Assembly: GCA_016873655.1 (NCBI GenBank)
Contig: VGWI01000003.1
Span: 1,737-65,736, forward strand
Source: Lentisphaerota bacterium
GTDB taxonomy: Bacteria; Verrucomicrobiota; Kiritimatiellia; UBA8416; VGWI01
Reading direction: 5' to 3'
Length of the DNA: 64,000 nt
Under the pieces are notes generated by a model. That model was not told the origin of the DNA. It was given only the letters and a program-made list of their open reading frames with translations, and ran no database searches. Every line of letters starts with the position of its first letter. Positions within the stretch are counted from its first letter, which is position 1. Below are positions 53,016-61,357 of the stretch, piece by piece. The translations under genes and the position numbers were made by a program.

Positions 53016-54576
53016 ACGCGGCGATCGCCTTGATCTCGCGGCTGATGGCCGTCACGACGTCTTCAGGAACGACCCTGTTCACCTTCATGATGGCGAGGGA
53101 ACGGTTGCTCTTCGTGTCGTGCGGGTTGCGCATGTCCTCGATGTTGACGCTGTGCTCCGCAAGCATGTGGCCGATCGTTCCGATCACGCCCGGCCTGTCG
53201 TCGTAGATAAAGAACACGGTGGGGCCGGCGGGTTCGAAATACAGCTTGTTGAACTCGTTTATCCGGGAAACCATCAGGTTCCCCTCCGCAACAGTACCGC
53301 GCACGCTCAATCGGCGCAGGTTGTTCGATCCGATCTCGGCGGTTATGTCCACGGTGATGGACTCCCCGTACCCCTTCTTCGGGTCGGTCTTGCGGTTGAC
53401 GTACTCTATGCCCATTTCCTTCAGATACGCGGCGGCGGCGCGCGGATCGGCGGACCGCCCGAAGTCGTCCCATATCCCCGCCACTATCGGAACCACGAGC
53501 CAGTCCGCGTACTTTTCGAGCGAGCCGTAAAAACTCGTCTCGATCATCTTGAGCGAAGCCTCTCGCCCGACCAGGCACCGGGCGAGCCGGGCGAGCGTGT
53601 TCGCGAGCTGGCAGTAGTTCTCACTGAGACCTTCCGGTATGTCGCGGTTGACCACGAAGCTCGTGATGCCCTTTTCATCGAGGTCTATCAGTTCCTCCGC
53701 GGCCCTTTTCGCCGCGTTCCAGTTGGCCTCAACCGTGTTGGCGCCGAGATGAGGAAGCATCAGGTCGGCCACGTCGGCGACGCTTTTCGGACCCTCTTCG
53801 TCCTTGGGGTACACGTCGTTGAGGTAGCGCAGCCCCTTCGCAGCCTTCGCCTTCCGAAGCGCAGTCTCATCCACGACCTCGCAGCGGGCGCAGTTGACTA
53901 TCGTCGCGCCCTTCTTCACGAGAGAAAGCAGCTTCTCGCCGACAAGCCCCTTCGTGTCGCCGGTGGCCGGAACGTGCAGGGTGATTATGTCCGATTTTGA
54001 GAACACCGTGGCCAGATCCGCAAGCTCCACTCCCATATCGCCCGCGCGCTCGGCGGATATCACCGGGTCATAGCCGAGCAGCGTGCACTCGAACCCGGAA
54101 AGGCGCTTCGCCACAAGCCGGCCGATGTTGCCGAGCCCGACTATGCCGACCGTCTTGCCTGCCAGTTCCCTGCCCATGTAGAGGTTCTTCTCCCACTTCC
54201 CGGAGCGGGTTGAGGAATCGGCGGCCACGATGTGGCGGGCATCCGCGAGGACCATCGCGATGGCTTCCTCGGCCACCGCGTTCGCGTTCGCGCCCGGGGT
54301 GTTCATCACGTCAATGCCCTTCTCGCGCGCATGCCTCGTGTCGATCGTGTTGTAACCGGCGCCGGCCCGCACAATCACCCTCAGCGACGGCATTGCGTCC
54401 ATCACCGCGGCATCAACCTTCTCGCTGCGCACGATGAGGGCATGCGCATCGGAATGCGCCCTGGCCTGGTCGAGCAGCGGGGTCTTGGCGTCCTGGACAA
54501 CCTTGTAGTTGCCGTTCGCCTCGAGAAGTTCGCGGGCTATGGAATCCAGCTTGGTGGGGATCAGTACCTTCTTCAC
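52999..54576 (-). CDS. serA: D-3-phosphoglycerate dehydrogenase (long form with ASB and ACT domains)
   Basis: 525 aa; NAD motif GIVGLGNIGRLVA, catalytic ...HLGANT..., C-terminal ACT. Confidence 0.9.
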   Translation of the reverse strand: MKKVLIPTKLDSIARELLEANGNYKVVQDAKTPLLDQARAHSDAHALIVRSEKVDAAVMDAMPSLRVIVRAGAGYNTIDTRHAREKGIDVMNTPGANANAVAEEAIAMVLADARHIVAADSSTRSGKWEKNLYMGRELAGKTVGIVGLGNIGRLVAKRLSGFECTLLGYDPVISAERAGDMGVELADLATVFSKSDIITLHVPATGDTKGLVGEKLLSLVKKGATIVNCARCEVVDETALRKAKAAKGLRYLNDVYPKDEEGPKSVADVADLMLPHLGANTVEANWNAAKRAAEELIDLDEKGITSFVVNRDIPEGLSENYCQLANTLARLARCLVGREASLKMIETSFYGSLEKYADWLVVPIVAGIWDDFGRSADPRAAAAYLKEMGIEYVNRKTDPKKGYGESITVDITAEIGSNNLRRLSVRGTVAEGNLMVSRINEFNKLYFEPAGPTVFFIYDDRPGVIGTIGHMLAEHSVNIEDMRNPHDTKSNRSLAIMKVNRVVPEDVVTAISREIKAIAAFSVSL

Positions 54577-54816
54577 TTGCTTTGTCTCCGGTTCCTGCTC
54601 CTGTTTCGATGTTCAACGGAAAGCCGCAGGTTATCCCGCCGCCCATCCGAACGCAACCGCGTTCATCGGTTCCCGCGCACGCCGCCGTCGCCCCGGGAGC
54701 GTCCGCGCGACCCCGCCATGCGCGGTCCGCCGCCGGTGCGGCAGGCGGAAACAGCCGTCGCGCGGGGAATCCGCTCTTGACCCCGTCAAGCCGCGGCCGA
54801 TACGCTACGCGCCCGT

Positions 54817-55815
54817 ATGAGGCTTCCTGTCTTCCTTCTCATGTTCGCCGTCCTTGCCGGGTCCGCCGCCGGACAGGGCTTGCCGCCTTCCTCGGGCGAC
54901 ATGCCGGACATGCCCCGCAGTGTCGCCAACGAAGACCTTCGGAAACGGGAGCCGTCGCTTTTCCGCCGCCCGACATGCGCCACCCCGGCCGCACAGCTCG
55001 CCTACGCGAAAAGCCTCCTCGGAGCCGGCGAAACCCGCGCCGCGTCCCGCGCCTTCCTCGCGCTGGTGCACCAGTGGCATGAGTCGCCCGAAGCGGCCGC
55101 AGCCCAACTCGAGTACGCAACACTGCTCTACGATTCAGCCCGCTACGAAAAGGCCTTTTCGGAGCTGCAGTACCTTGTGGACTACTTTCACGGCAGGTTC
55201 CCGTTCGAGAAGGTGACGGACATGCAGTTCCGGATCGCCAACCACATACGCACCCGGCAGCACGGCGGGTTCCTCTTCATCCCGACCTTCCAGGCGCCGG
55301 AGCGCTCGCTTCCGCTCTACGAGCAGTACGTGCGCAATGCGCCGAGCGGCGCGCATACCGCCGAGGCGCGATTCGCGATGGCCATGATCCGCGAGGAGGA
55401 AAAGGATTACGGGGAGGCGGCCGCCGACTATGAAGCCATCCTGCGCCTTCCGCGGAGCGATTTCACCTCCGACGCCGCATTCCGCCGCGCCCGCTGCTAC
55501 CACCGCATCGCGCTCGCCAGTCCGAGAGATGAACTGGCCGCCAGAACGGCGCTCGACGCGCTTGCCTCGTTTCTGCGGGGCTACCCGGGACACCCGAACG
55601 AGACCGAGGCGCGGGCGGCGCACGAGGATCTGCGGGACCGGCTTGCGGACATGTACTACGGCCGGGCGGCGTTCTATGACAGGAAAGGCGACAAACCCCG
55701 CGCGGCGCTCCTCGCCTATACCGATTTCGTGAGGAATTTCCCGTCATCACCGCAATCCGACACGGCCCGGGCCCGGATAGCGGAGCTGGAAACCCTCGTC
55801 AAGGAGGCCGAATGA
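54817..55815 (+). CDS. Secreted TPR-repeat protein (BamD/YfiO-like)
   Basis: Signal peptide MRLPVFLLMFAVLAGSAAG followed by multiple TPR-like helical pairs. Stop overlaps the next gene's start (ATGA). Confidence 0.5.
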   Translation: MRLPVFLLMFAVLAGSAAGQGLPPSSGDMPDMPRSVANEDLRKREPSLFRRPTCATPAAQLAYAKSLLGAGETRAASRAFLALVHQWHESPEAAAAQLEYATLLYDSARYEKAFSELQYLVDYFHGRFPFEKVTDMQFRIANHIRTRQHGGFLFIPTFQAPERSLPLYEQYVRNAPSGAHTAEARFAMAMIREEEKDYGEAAADYEAILRLPRSDFTSDAAFRRARCYHRIALASPRDELAARTALDALASFLRGYPGHPNETEARAAHEDLRDRLADMYYGRAAFYDRKGDKPRAALLAYTDFVRNFPSSPQSDTARARIAELETLVKEAE

Positions 55816-56312
55816 AACCGTTGCCGATTCTGGCCGCAGTGATACTCTCGGCGGGATGCGCCGGGTACAAGGTTGGATCGGTACTGCCTCAGGACCTGCA
55901 GACAATCCACGTCGCGACGTTCGTCAACAAGTCCGGCGAACCCGGCATCGAGGCCCGCTGCACCGCGGCCACGCTTCAGGAACTGCAGATTGACGGCTCG
56001 CTGCGGATCGTTCCGAGCGAGGAAGCGGACGCCGTTCTGACGGTGAATCTCGTCTCCTACCGCCTTGAGCCGCTGCGGTACGACACCGACCGGCCGAAGA
56101 CCACCCGCGAATACAGGGTCTGGGTTGCCGCCGACATCAGCCTCAGGCGCGCCGGCACGGGCGAGGTGATCCTGGAACGGAAAGTAACCGGCGATACGAC
56201 CTTCGATACCGTCGCCGGCCTGGATCTCTCCACGGCGAAACAGGCCTCGCTCCCCGCGGCTGCCAGGGATCTGGCGCGGAAGATAGTGGAAAGCGTTGTG
56301 GAGTGCTGGTGA
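55812..56312 (+). CDS. LptE-like LPS-assembly lipoprotein
   Basis: Lipobox ILSAGC; about 165 aa alpha/beta lipoprotein with ...VATFVNKSGEPGIE... resembling the LptE (PF04390) N-region. Confidence 0.45.
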   Translation: MKPLPILAAVILSAGCAGYKVGSVLPQDLQTIHVATFVNKSGEPGIEARCTAATLQELQIDGSLRIVPSEEADAVLTVNLVSYRLEPLRYDTDRPKTTREYRVWVAADISLRRAGTGEVILERKVTGDTTFDTVAGLDLSTAKQASLPAAARDLARKIVESVVECW

Positions 56313-56326
56313 ACCGAGAGCCCGGT

Positions 56327-56593
56327 TCAGCCCTTCAAAGCCGCCACCTTCAGAGTCATGCGCGACTTCCGGCGGTCGGCGGCGTTCTTCTTGATCGCGC
56401 CCTTCTTCGCGGCCTTGTCGAGCGCGGAAACGTACTTCGCAAGCAGGTCGCGGCTGAGAGACGCGTCGCCCTTCGCTACCGCCTCGTCAAGCTGACGCCT
56501 GAGCGATGCGACCGGCCCGCGTCTTTCGCGGTTGGAAATTCGGCTCTTGGCCGAGGTCTTCATTCTCTTGAAAGCACCCTTGATCGTCGGCAT
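56327..56593 (-). CDS. rpsT: 30S ribosomal protein S20
   Basis: 88 aa, MPTIKGAFKRMKTSAKSRISNRERR... canonical S20. Confidence 0.9.
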   Translation of the reverse strand: MPTIKGAFKRMKTSAKSRISNRERRGPVASLRRQLDEAVAKGDASLSRDLLAKYVSALDKAAKKGAIKKNAADRRKSRMTLKVAALKG

Positions 56594-56640
56594 GTCGTTC
56601 GTGACTCCTTACAGGTCCGTTCAATGCATCAGTCTGCCAA

Positions 56641-57489
56641 ATGCGCGGATATCATATGGGTCAACCGCCGCCGGTCAACCCATTTCTGCCGCCTCCCTCC
56701 ACGGAACACCTGCGCGCGGCAGGTTCCAGGGCCGGAGCGCAAGCGGTGAGGGCTCTGCGATTCCTGGCGGGCATGGTCATGCTGCCGGCCTGTGCGACTG
56801 TATCGCTGGTGCTGGCGGACCTCCTGCGCACGAGCGCGGAAACAGGACCATGGTGGCAGGATCCGTTCCTGGCAATGGCGTCCGGCTTCGCGCTGTGGCT
56901 CGTATCGTTCCTCGCCCTTCCGAAGCCCGCACGCGCCTACATACTGGCCCATGAACTGACCCACGCGCTCTGGGGCGGCCTCATGGGCGCAAGGGTGTCG
57001 AACATCCGGGTCTCGGAGAAGGGCGGCTCGGTCATGCTCTCCAAGACAAACATCTGGATCACGCTGGCGCCGTACTTCTTCCCCCTGTACACCGCCATCG
57101 TCATCGCCGCCTACTGCATAGCCGCCGCCTTCGTTCCGATGGCAAGGTACGCGCCGGCGTGGCTTGCGCTTGTCGGCTTCACGTGGGGATTTCACTTCAC
57201 GTTCACGCTTTCCTCGCTCCTGCGCCGGCAAAGCGATATCCAGCGGTACGGCTACCTGTTCTCCTACACGGTCATCTACCTGCTGAACGCCGCCGGCCTG
57301 TGCCTGTGGGTCGTGGCGGTAACGCCGGCCAGGAAAGCCGACCTGCTTGACAGCGCCAGGACACGTTCCGCCCAGACAGCGCGCGCGGTCAGGTCAGGAT
57401 GGAAATGGGGCGCGGCACGGCTCGGCGATTTCCGGCGCGCGCAATCCGCGGGAAACCAGAATAAAACCCCGCACGCGGACGTTGAATGA
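56641..57489 (+). CDS. Polytopic membrane protein with HExxH zinc-metallopeptidase motif (DUF3267/site-2-protease-like)
   Basis: AYILAHELTHALWGG inside a predicted TM region, followed by about 5 further TM helices. Immediately upstream of an ECF sigma/anti-sigma pair. Confidence 0.5.
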   Translation: MRGYHMGQPPPVNPFLPPPSTEHLRAAGSRAGAQAVRALRFLAGMVMLPACATVSLVLADLLRTSAETGPWWQDPFLAMASGFALWLVSFLALPKPARAYILAHELTHALWGGLMGARVSNIRVSEKGGSVMLSKTNIWITLAPYFFPLYTAIVIAAYCIAAAFVPMARYAPAWLALVGFTWGFHFTFTLSSLLRRQSDIQRYGYLFSYTVIYLLNAAGLCLWVVAVTPARKADLLDSARTRSAQTARAVRSGWKWGAARLGDFRRAQSAGNQNKTPHADVE

Positions 57490-57518
57490 GAAGAAATGCG
57501 GAAGATACCGGGGATGGA

Positions 57519-58145
57519 ATGGCATCGACGATGGACGACAGGGAATGCGTAGGCCGGTATCTGGCCGGGGATGTTTCAGCCATGGAAGTGCTTGTACACC
57601 GTCACGAGAACGCTCTCTTCGGGTTCATCCGCGGACTGGTTCAGGACGCGTCCGAGGCAGACGACGTCTTCCAGGAGACATGGACGAAGGCGATCCGGCA
57701 CCTCCACAAGTACCGCAGCGACAACTTCAGGGGCTGGCTGATCCGCATCGCGCACAACGTGTTCATAGACCGCCTGCGCCGCCGGAAGCCGTTCCTCAGC
57801 ATGGACACGGCCGCCCCCGACAACCAGCCGCTCATGGCATCGCTGCCTTCTCCCGCGCCCGGACCCGATTCGGAAACCGACTCGGCGGAACTCGGCGCCC
57901 GCATCGCCCTTGCCGTCGCAGCGCTCCCTCGCGAACAGAGAGAGGTGTTCCTGATGCGGGCTCACGGCGGCCTGGCGTTCCGCGAAATCGCGCGTCTGCA
58001 GTCCACTTCGATCAACACGGCGCTTTCGAGAATGCAGTATGCCCTGAAGAAGCTGAGGCAGGAACTGAAGGACGACTACACCGAATTGGCCGGCAAAGCG
58101 GCATCCGCCGCGGGCTCAATGGAGGAATCCGGCGATGAACTGTGA
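57519..58145 (+). CDS. ECF-subfamily RNA polymerase sigma factor
   Basis: Region 2 (ADDVFQETWTKAIRHLHKY...RIAHNVFIDRLRRR) and region 4 (AFREIARLQSTSINTALSRMQYALKKL). Confidence 0.8.
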   Translation: MASTMDDRECVGRYLAGDVSAMEVLVHRHENALFGFIRGLVQDASEADDVFQETWTKAIRHLHKYRSDNFRGWLIRIAHNVFIDRLRRRKPFLSMDTAAPDNQPLMASLPSPAPGPDSETDSAELGARIALAVAALPREQREVFLMRAHGGLAFREIARLQSTSINTALSRMQYALKKLRQELKDDYTELAGKAASAAGSMEESGDEL

Positions 58146-58716
58146 ACAGGCAAGGAATGCGATCCTCCTGCATGAGACGGGCGAGCTGGGGAGATCGGCG
58201 TCACGCCGCATGGAAGACCACCTCGCAGCCTGCGCGGAATGCAGCGAGTTCGCAAACGCCTCCCGGATCCTGGTCCCGGCCGCGGCCGGCGCCACCGCCT
58301 GCGCCCCCGGCGCGGACACGCACGCGAGCGTAATGGACCGGGCCGGCGATCGGCGCCGCCGCTTCCTGGCCGCCTTCCCGCCGTTTGAACTGCGCGCCCC
58401 CGCGCTTGGGGCAATCGCGGCCGCCGCGTGTCTTGCCGTGGTCGCCGCGGTGTGGGTCAACGGCCGCAGGGCGGCGCCGGCGCACGACCCTGTACAGGTC
58501 GCCAGCAGCCTTGTATCGGTGATCTCCGGCTCCGAAACCGAAGACGAAACGGGGAACGGGAACACGTTGCGCGCGCTTGCCCGGGACCTGCTCTCAATGG
58601 AGGGTTTCTCGACGGACTGGAGCGACGAGGACCTGCTTATTCCACCCGCGGACAGCCCTGCCAAAGATCCTCTATCGCATAGTATTCCCGGGCCTTCTTC
58701 TCGAATATGTGGATGA
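58135..58716 (+). CDS. Anti-sigma factor (zf-HC2-like, single TM)
   Basis: MNCEQARNAILLHETGEL...HLAACAECS and a TM LGAIAAAACLAVVAAVWV. Starts 11 nt inside the sigma gene; its 3' end overlaps rsfS convergently by about 80 nt. Confidence 0.55.
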   Translation: MNCEQARNAILLHETGELGRSASRRMEDHLAACAECSEFANASRILVPAAAGATACAPGADTHASVMDRAGDRRRRFLAAFPPFELRAPALGAIAAAACLAVVAAVWVNGRRAAPAHDPVQVASSLVSVISGSETEDETGNGNTLRALARDLLSMEGFSTDWSDEDLLIPPADSPAKDPLSHSIPGPSSRICG

Positions 58717-58876
58717 TCACGTCCACGAAGTCGAGCGCCATCCAGCCGCTCTCGGGAACGCCGGAAGCGCCGTGGGGCACAACCCCCCGCTCCTTCATGG
58801 CAAGCCGCGCCCCCTCGCTCAACGCGCGCAGGTGCGGAGGGCTGTTCCCGGTAACCACGATGTAGAAATCCGTCAC
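58637..58876 (-). CDS. rsfS: Ribosomal silencing factor RsfS (Iojap) - C-terminal 79 codons from the first canonical start; homology continues about 20-30 codons further upstream (to about 58933-58972) where no ATG/GTG/TTG exists
   Basis: From GTG 58876: VTDFYIVVTGNSPPHLRALSEG...IEDLWQGCPRVE. The in-frame upstream translation reads ...RTVLDDRKGENISLVDVRGRSSV-TDFY..., matching the conserved RsfS N-terminal motif. Nearest upstream in-frame stop is at 59045-59047. Confidence 0.7.
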   Translation of the reverse strand: MTDFYIVVTGNSPPHLRALSEGARLAMKERGVVPHGASGVPESGWMALDFVDVIIHIFEKKAREYYAIEDLWQGCPRVE

Positions 58877-58992
58877 ACTCGAGCGGCCACGGACATCGAC
58901 AAGGCTTATGTTCTCGCCTTTCCTGTCGTCCAGAACCGTCCGTGCGATCCGTGCAGTCTCGATCGAGTCGATGTCGCGCCTCCGTTTCGTGG

Positions 58993-59634
58993 CTACAGGG
59001 AAGAACCGCCCCCCCGGTAAAGCCCGTGCTCGGCGATGTATACCTCAACCGCCTGGGGAACAAGGTACCGGATGGAGAGGCCCTCCGCAACCCTGTGACG
59101 GATCTCCGAGGACGAGACGTCTATGCGCCTGCCGCGCACGTAGCCGGCGGCAAGCTTCTCCGGCCAGGGCGGATTGAGCTGTATCTGCTCCGGCCTGGGG
59201 TCGTCCAGGGCATTCCCGCCGCGCCCGAAAGCCGCGAACTCGCAAAGCTCAAGAAGCCGGTGAATGTCCTTCCACAGGTGAAGCTCAAACAGTGAATCCA
59301 CCCCTATGAGGAAGTAGAACTTCGCGGACGGGTTGCCTGCGCGCAGTTCCTTCACCGTGTCTATGGTAAACGAACAACCGCCGCGCCTTATCTCGATGTC
59401 GCTTGCCTCGAAGCGCAGGTCTCCTTCCAACGCAAGGGAAAGCATCTCGAACCTGTGCTGCGCGGATGCCAGGCCGGAATGGCTCTTGTGCGGCGGCAGG
59501 CCGCACGGCACAAACAGCACGCGCGAAAGCTCCAGCCGGTCCGCGGCGCTCTGGGCAAGGAGAAGATGCCCGATGTGCACCGGGTTGAAGGTGCCCCCGA
59601 ATATCCCTATCCGTTCCTGCAACACCCCCTGCAT
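58993..59634 (-). CDS. nadD: Nicotinate-nucleotide adenylyltransferase
   Basis: IGIFGGTFNPVHIGH (HxGH motif), ...SSSEIR... 213 aa. Upstream of rsfS as in nadD-rsfS operons. Confidence 0.85.
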   Translation of the reverse strand: MQGVLQERIGIFGGTFNPVHIGHLLLAQSAADRLELSRVLFVPCGLPPHKSHSGLASAQHRFEMLSLALEGDLRFEASDIEIRRGGCSFTIDTVKELRAGNPSAKFYFLIGVDSLFELHLWKDIHRLLELCEFAAFGRGGNALDDPRPEQIQLNPPWPEKLAAGYVRGRRIDVSSSEIRHRVAEGLSIRYLVPQAVEVYIAEHGLYRGGGSSL

Positions 59635-59884
59635 GCCGCTTCGGTCCTCCTGCGGCGATTATCCCCCGCCCCGCCGTCGAGTCAACAGGTTTGATGCCAC
59701 CCCATGCGGCGGCTGAACCGGAGGCATGACCCGTTCGGGCACAGCGCCAGCGGAAAGTCCCCCGGCGTCACGCGCCGGGCGGATCCGCACCCGGCCATTT
59801 TCACGGCGCCTTTTTTGTGCTTGCCGTGCGCGCTGCGCACGGGTAACTTTCAGCGCTCGTTTCTCAACCATGGGGACGTTCGTA

Positions 59885-60085
59885 ATGAAAAAGGACATCC
59901 ATCCCAAGTACGGCGACGCAACCATCACCTGCGGCTGCGGGAACGTGATCCACACGCGTTCCACGGTCAAGGAGATGCAGATCAACACCTGCTCCGCCTG
60001 CCACCCGTTCTACACGGGCCAGGCGACGATGATTGATGCCGAAGGTCGCGTCGAGAAGTTCATGAAACGCTACGCAAAGAAGTAG
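59885..60085 (+). CDS. rpmE: 50S ribosomal protein L31 (zinc-ribbon C+ form)
   Basis: MKKDIHPKYGDATITCGCGNVIHTRSTVKEMQINTCSACHPFYTGQ. CxC...CxxC present. Internal ATG 59885 with a GGGGA SD; the upstream 53 codons of the listed ORF are spurious. Confidence 0.9.
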   Translation: MKKDIHPKYGDATITCGCGNVIHTRSTVKEMQINTCSACHPFYTGQATMIDAEGRVEKFMKRYAKK

Positions 60086-60184
60086 CTTCACGAACCACGT
60101 GGGCCAGGTCCGCGCAAGCGCGCCCTGGCCCTTTCCGTCTCTTCTTCCGGCGCGCAGCGCACCCGGAGCGCTGCAGGAACGGCC

Positions 60185-61294
60185 ATGATAGACCCAGCCT
60201 ACATAGACAAAGTGCTCTCGGCCCTGCCGGAGGTCGAAGCGAAGCTGGCCGATCCTGCAAGCGTTGCCGACCGCAAGGCCTACCGCAAACTGGTCATGGA
60301 ACACGCGGCCCTGCGCCGGGTTGCGGACCATGCGGCGGCGTACCGCCGCCTGCTGCGCGAACGGGACGGCCACCGCGAACTCATGGAGTCCGACGAGGCG
60401 GAACTGGCGCAGATGGCGCGCGAGGAGATCGCGGCGATCGAAGAGAAAATCCCCGCCGCCGAACAGGCCCTGCTGGCCTCGCTCCTCCCGCCGTCGGAGA
60501 CCGACTCGCGCAGCGCCGTCGTCGAAATCAGGGCCGGCACCGGCGGCGAAGAGGCCGCCCTGTTCGCCGCGGACCTGTTCCGGATGTACAGCCACTTCGT
60601 GGAAGGCCGCGGGTGGAAAGTGCGGCTGGTGGACCTCAGCTCAAACGACATCGGCGGCTACAAGGAAGCCATCTTCACCGTCGAAGGCGAGGGCGCGTAC
60701 GGAGCGCTGAAGTACGAAAGCGGCGGTCACCGCGTCCAACGCGTGCCCGCCACCGAGGCGCAGGGCCGCATTCACACCTCCGCGGCAACCGTGGCTGTCT
60801 TCCCGGAAGCCGAACCGGAGGACGATATACAGATTCCGCCGAACGAAATCCGCATAGACATATTCCGCTCCTCCGGGCCCGGCGGCCAGAGCGTGAACAC
60901 GACTGATTCCGCGGTGCGCGTGACTCACCTGCCCACGGGCCTGATAGTCCAGTGCCAGGACGAGAAGTCACAGCACCGCAACAGGGAACGGGCGTTGTCT
61001 GTCCTCAAGGCGCGCCTCCTGGAAATACGCCGCCGCGCGGAGCAGGAGAAGATGGGCCAGACAAGGCGGACGCTCACCGGCTCCGGAGACCGCAGCGAAC
61101 GGATCCGCACCTACAACTTCCCGCAGAACCGTTTCACCGATCACCGGATCGGGCTGACAGTCTACAGCCTCGACCGCATCATCGAAGGCCACCTCGACGA
61201 CGTGCTCTCGGCCCTGCGCGCCCACGACACCGAAATGCGGCTGCAGGACGAGATCGGCCGCGCACCGGCCGCCAACCCCGCACCGGAAGACTGA
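60185..61294 (+). CDS. prfA: Peptide chain release factor 1
   Basis: PAT-equivalent tripeptide region, GGQ motif ([16 protein letters not shown]), 369 aa. Follows rpmE as in many bacteria. Confidence 0.9.
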   Translation: MIDPAYIDKVLSALPEVEAKLADPASVADRKAYRKLVMEHAALRRVADHAAAYRRLLRERDGHRELMESDEAELAQMAREEIAAIEEKIPAAEQALLASLLPPSETDSRSAVVEIRAGTGGEEAALFAADLFRMYSHFVEGRGWKVRLVDLSSNDIGGYKEAIFTVEGEGAYGALKYESGGHRVQRVPATEAQGRIHTSAATVAVFPEAEPEDDIQIPPNEIRIDIFRSSGPGGQSVNTTDSAVRVTHLPTGLIVQCQDEKSQHRNRERALSVLKARLLEIRRRAEQEKMGQTRRTLTGSGDRSERIRTYNFPQNRFTDHRIGLTVYSLDRIIEGHLDDVLSALRAHDTEMRLQDEIGRAPAANPAPED

Positions 61295-61357
61295 GAAGCC
61301 CGACACGCCCTGGACCGACAGGCCGGGGCACGCCCCGGCCCGCCCGGATCCTGCCGC

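Noticed and set aside
59780-59884. Perfect 8-bp palindrome CCGTGCGC-GCT-GCGCACGG preceded by a T6 run upstream of rpmE, considered as a Zur box or attenuator for the zinc-ribbon L31.
   Set aside because: Sequence does not resemble known Zur/Fur box consensus (AT-rich) and there is no upstream gene on this strand for it to terminate. Left as an unexplained hairpin.
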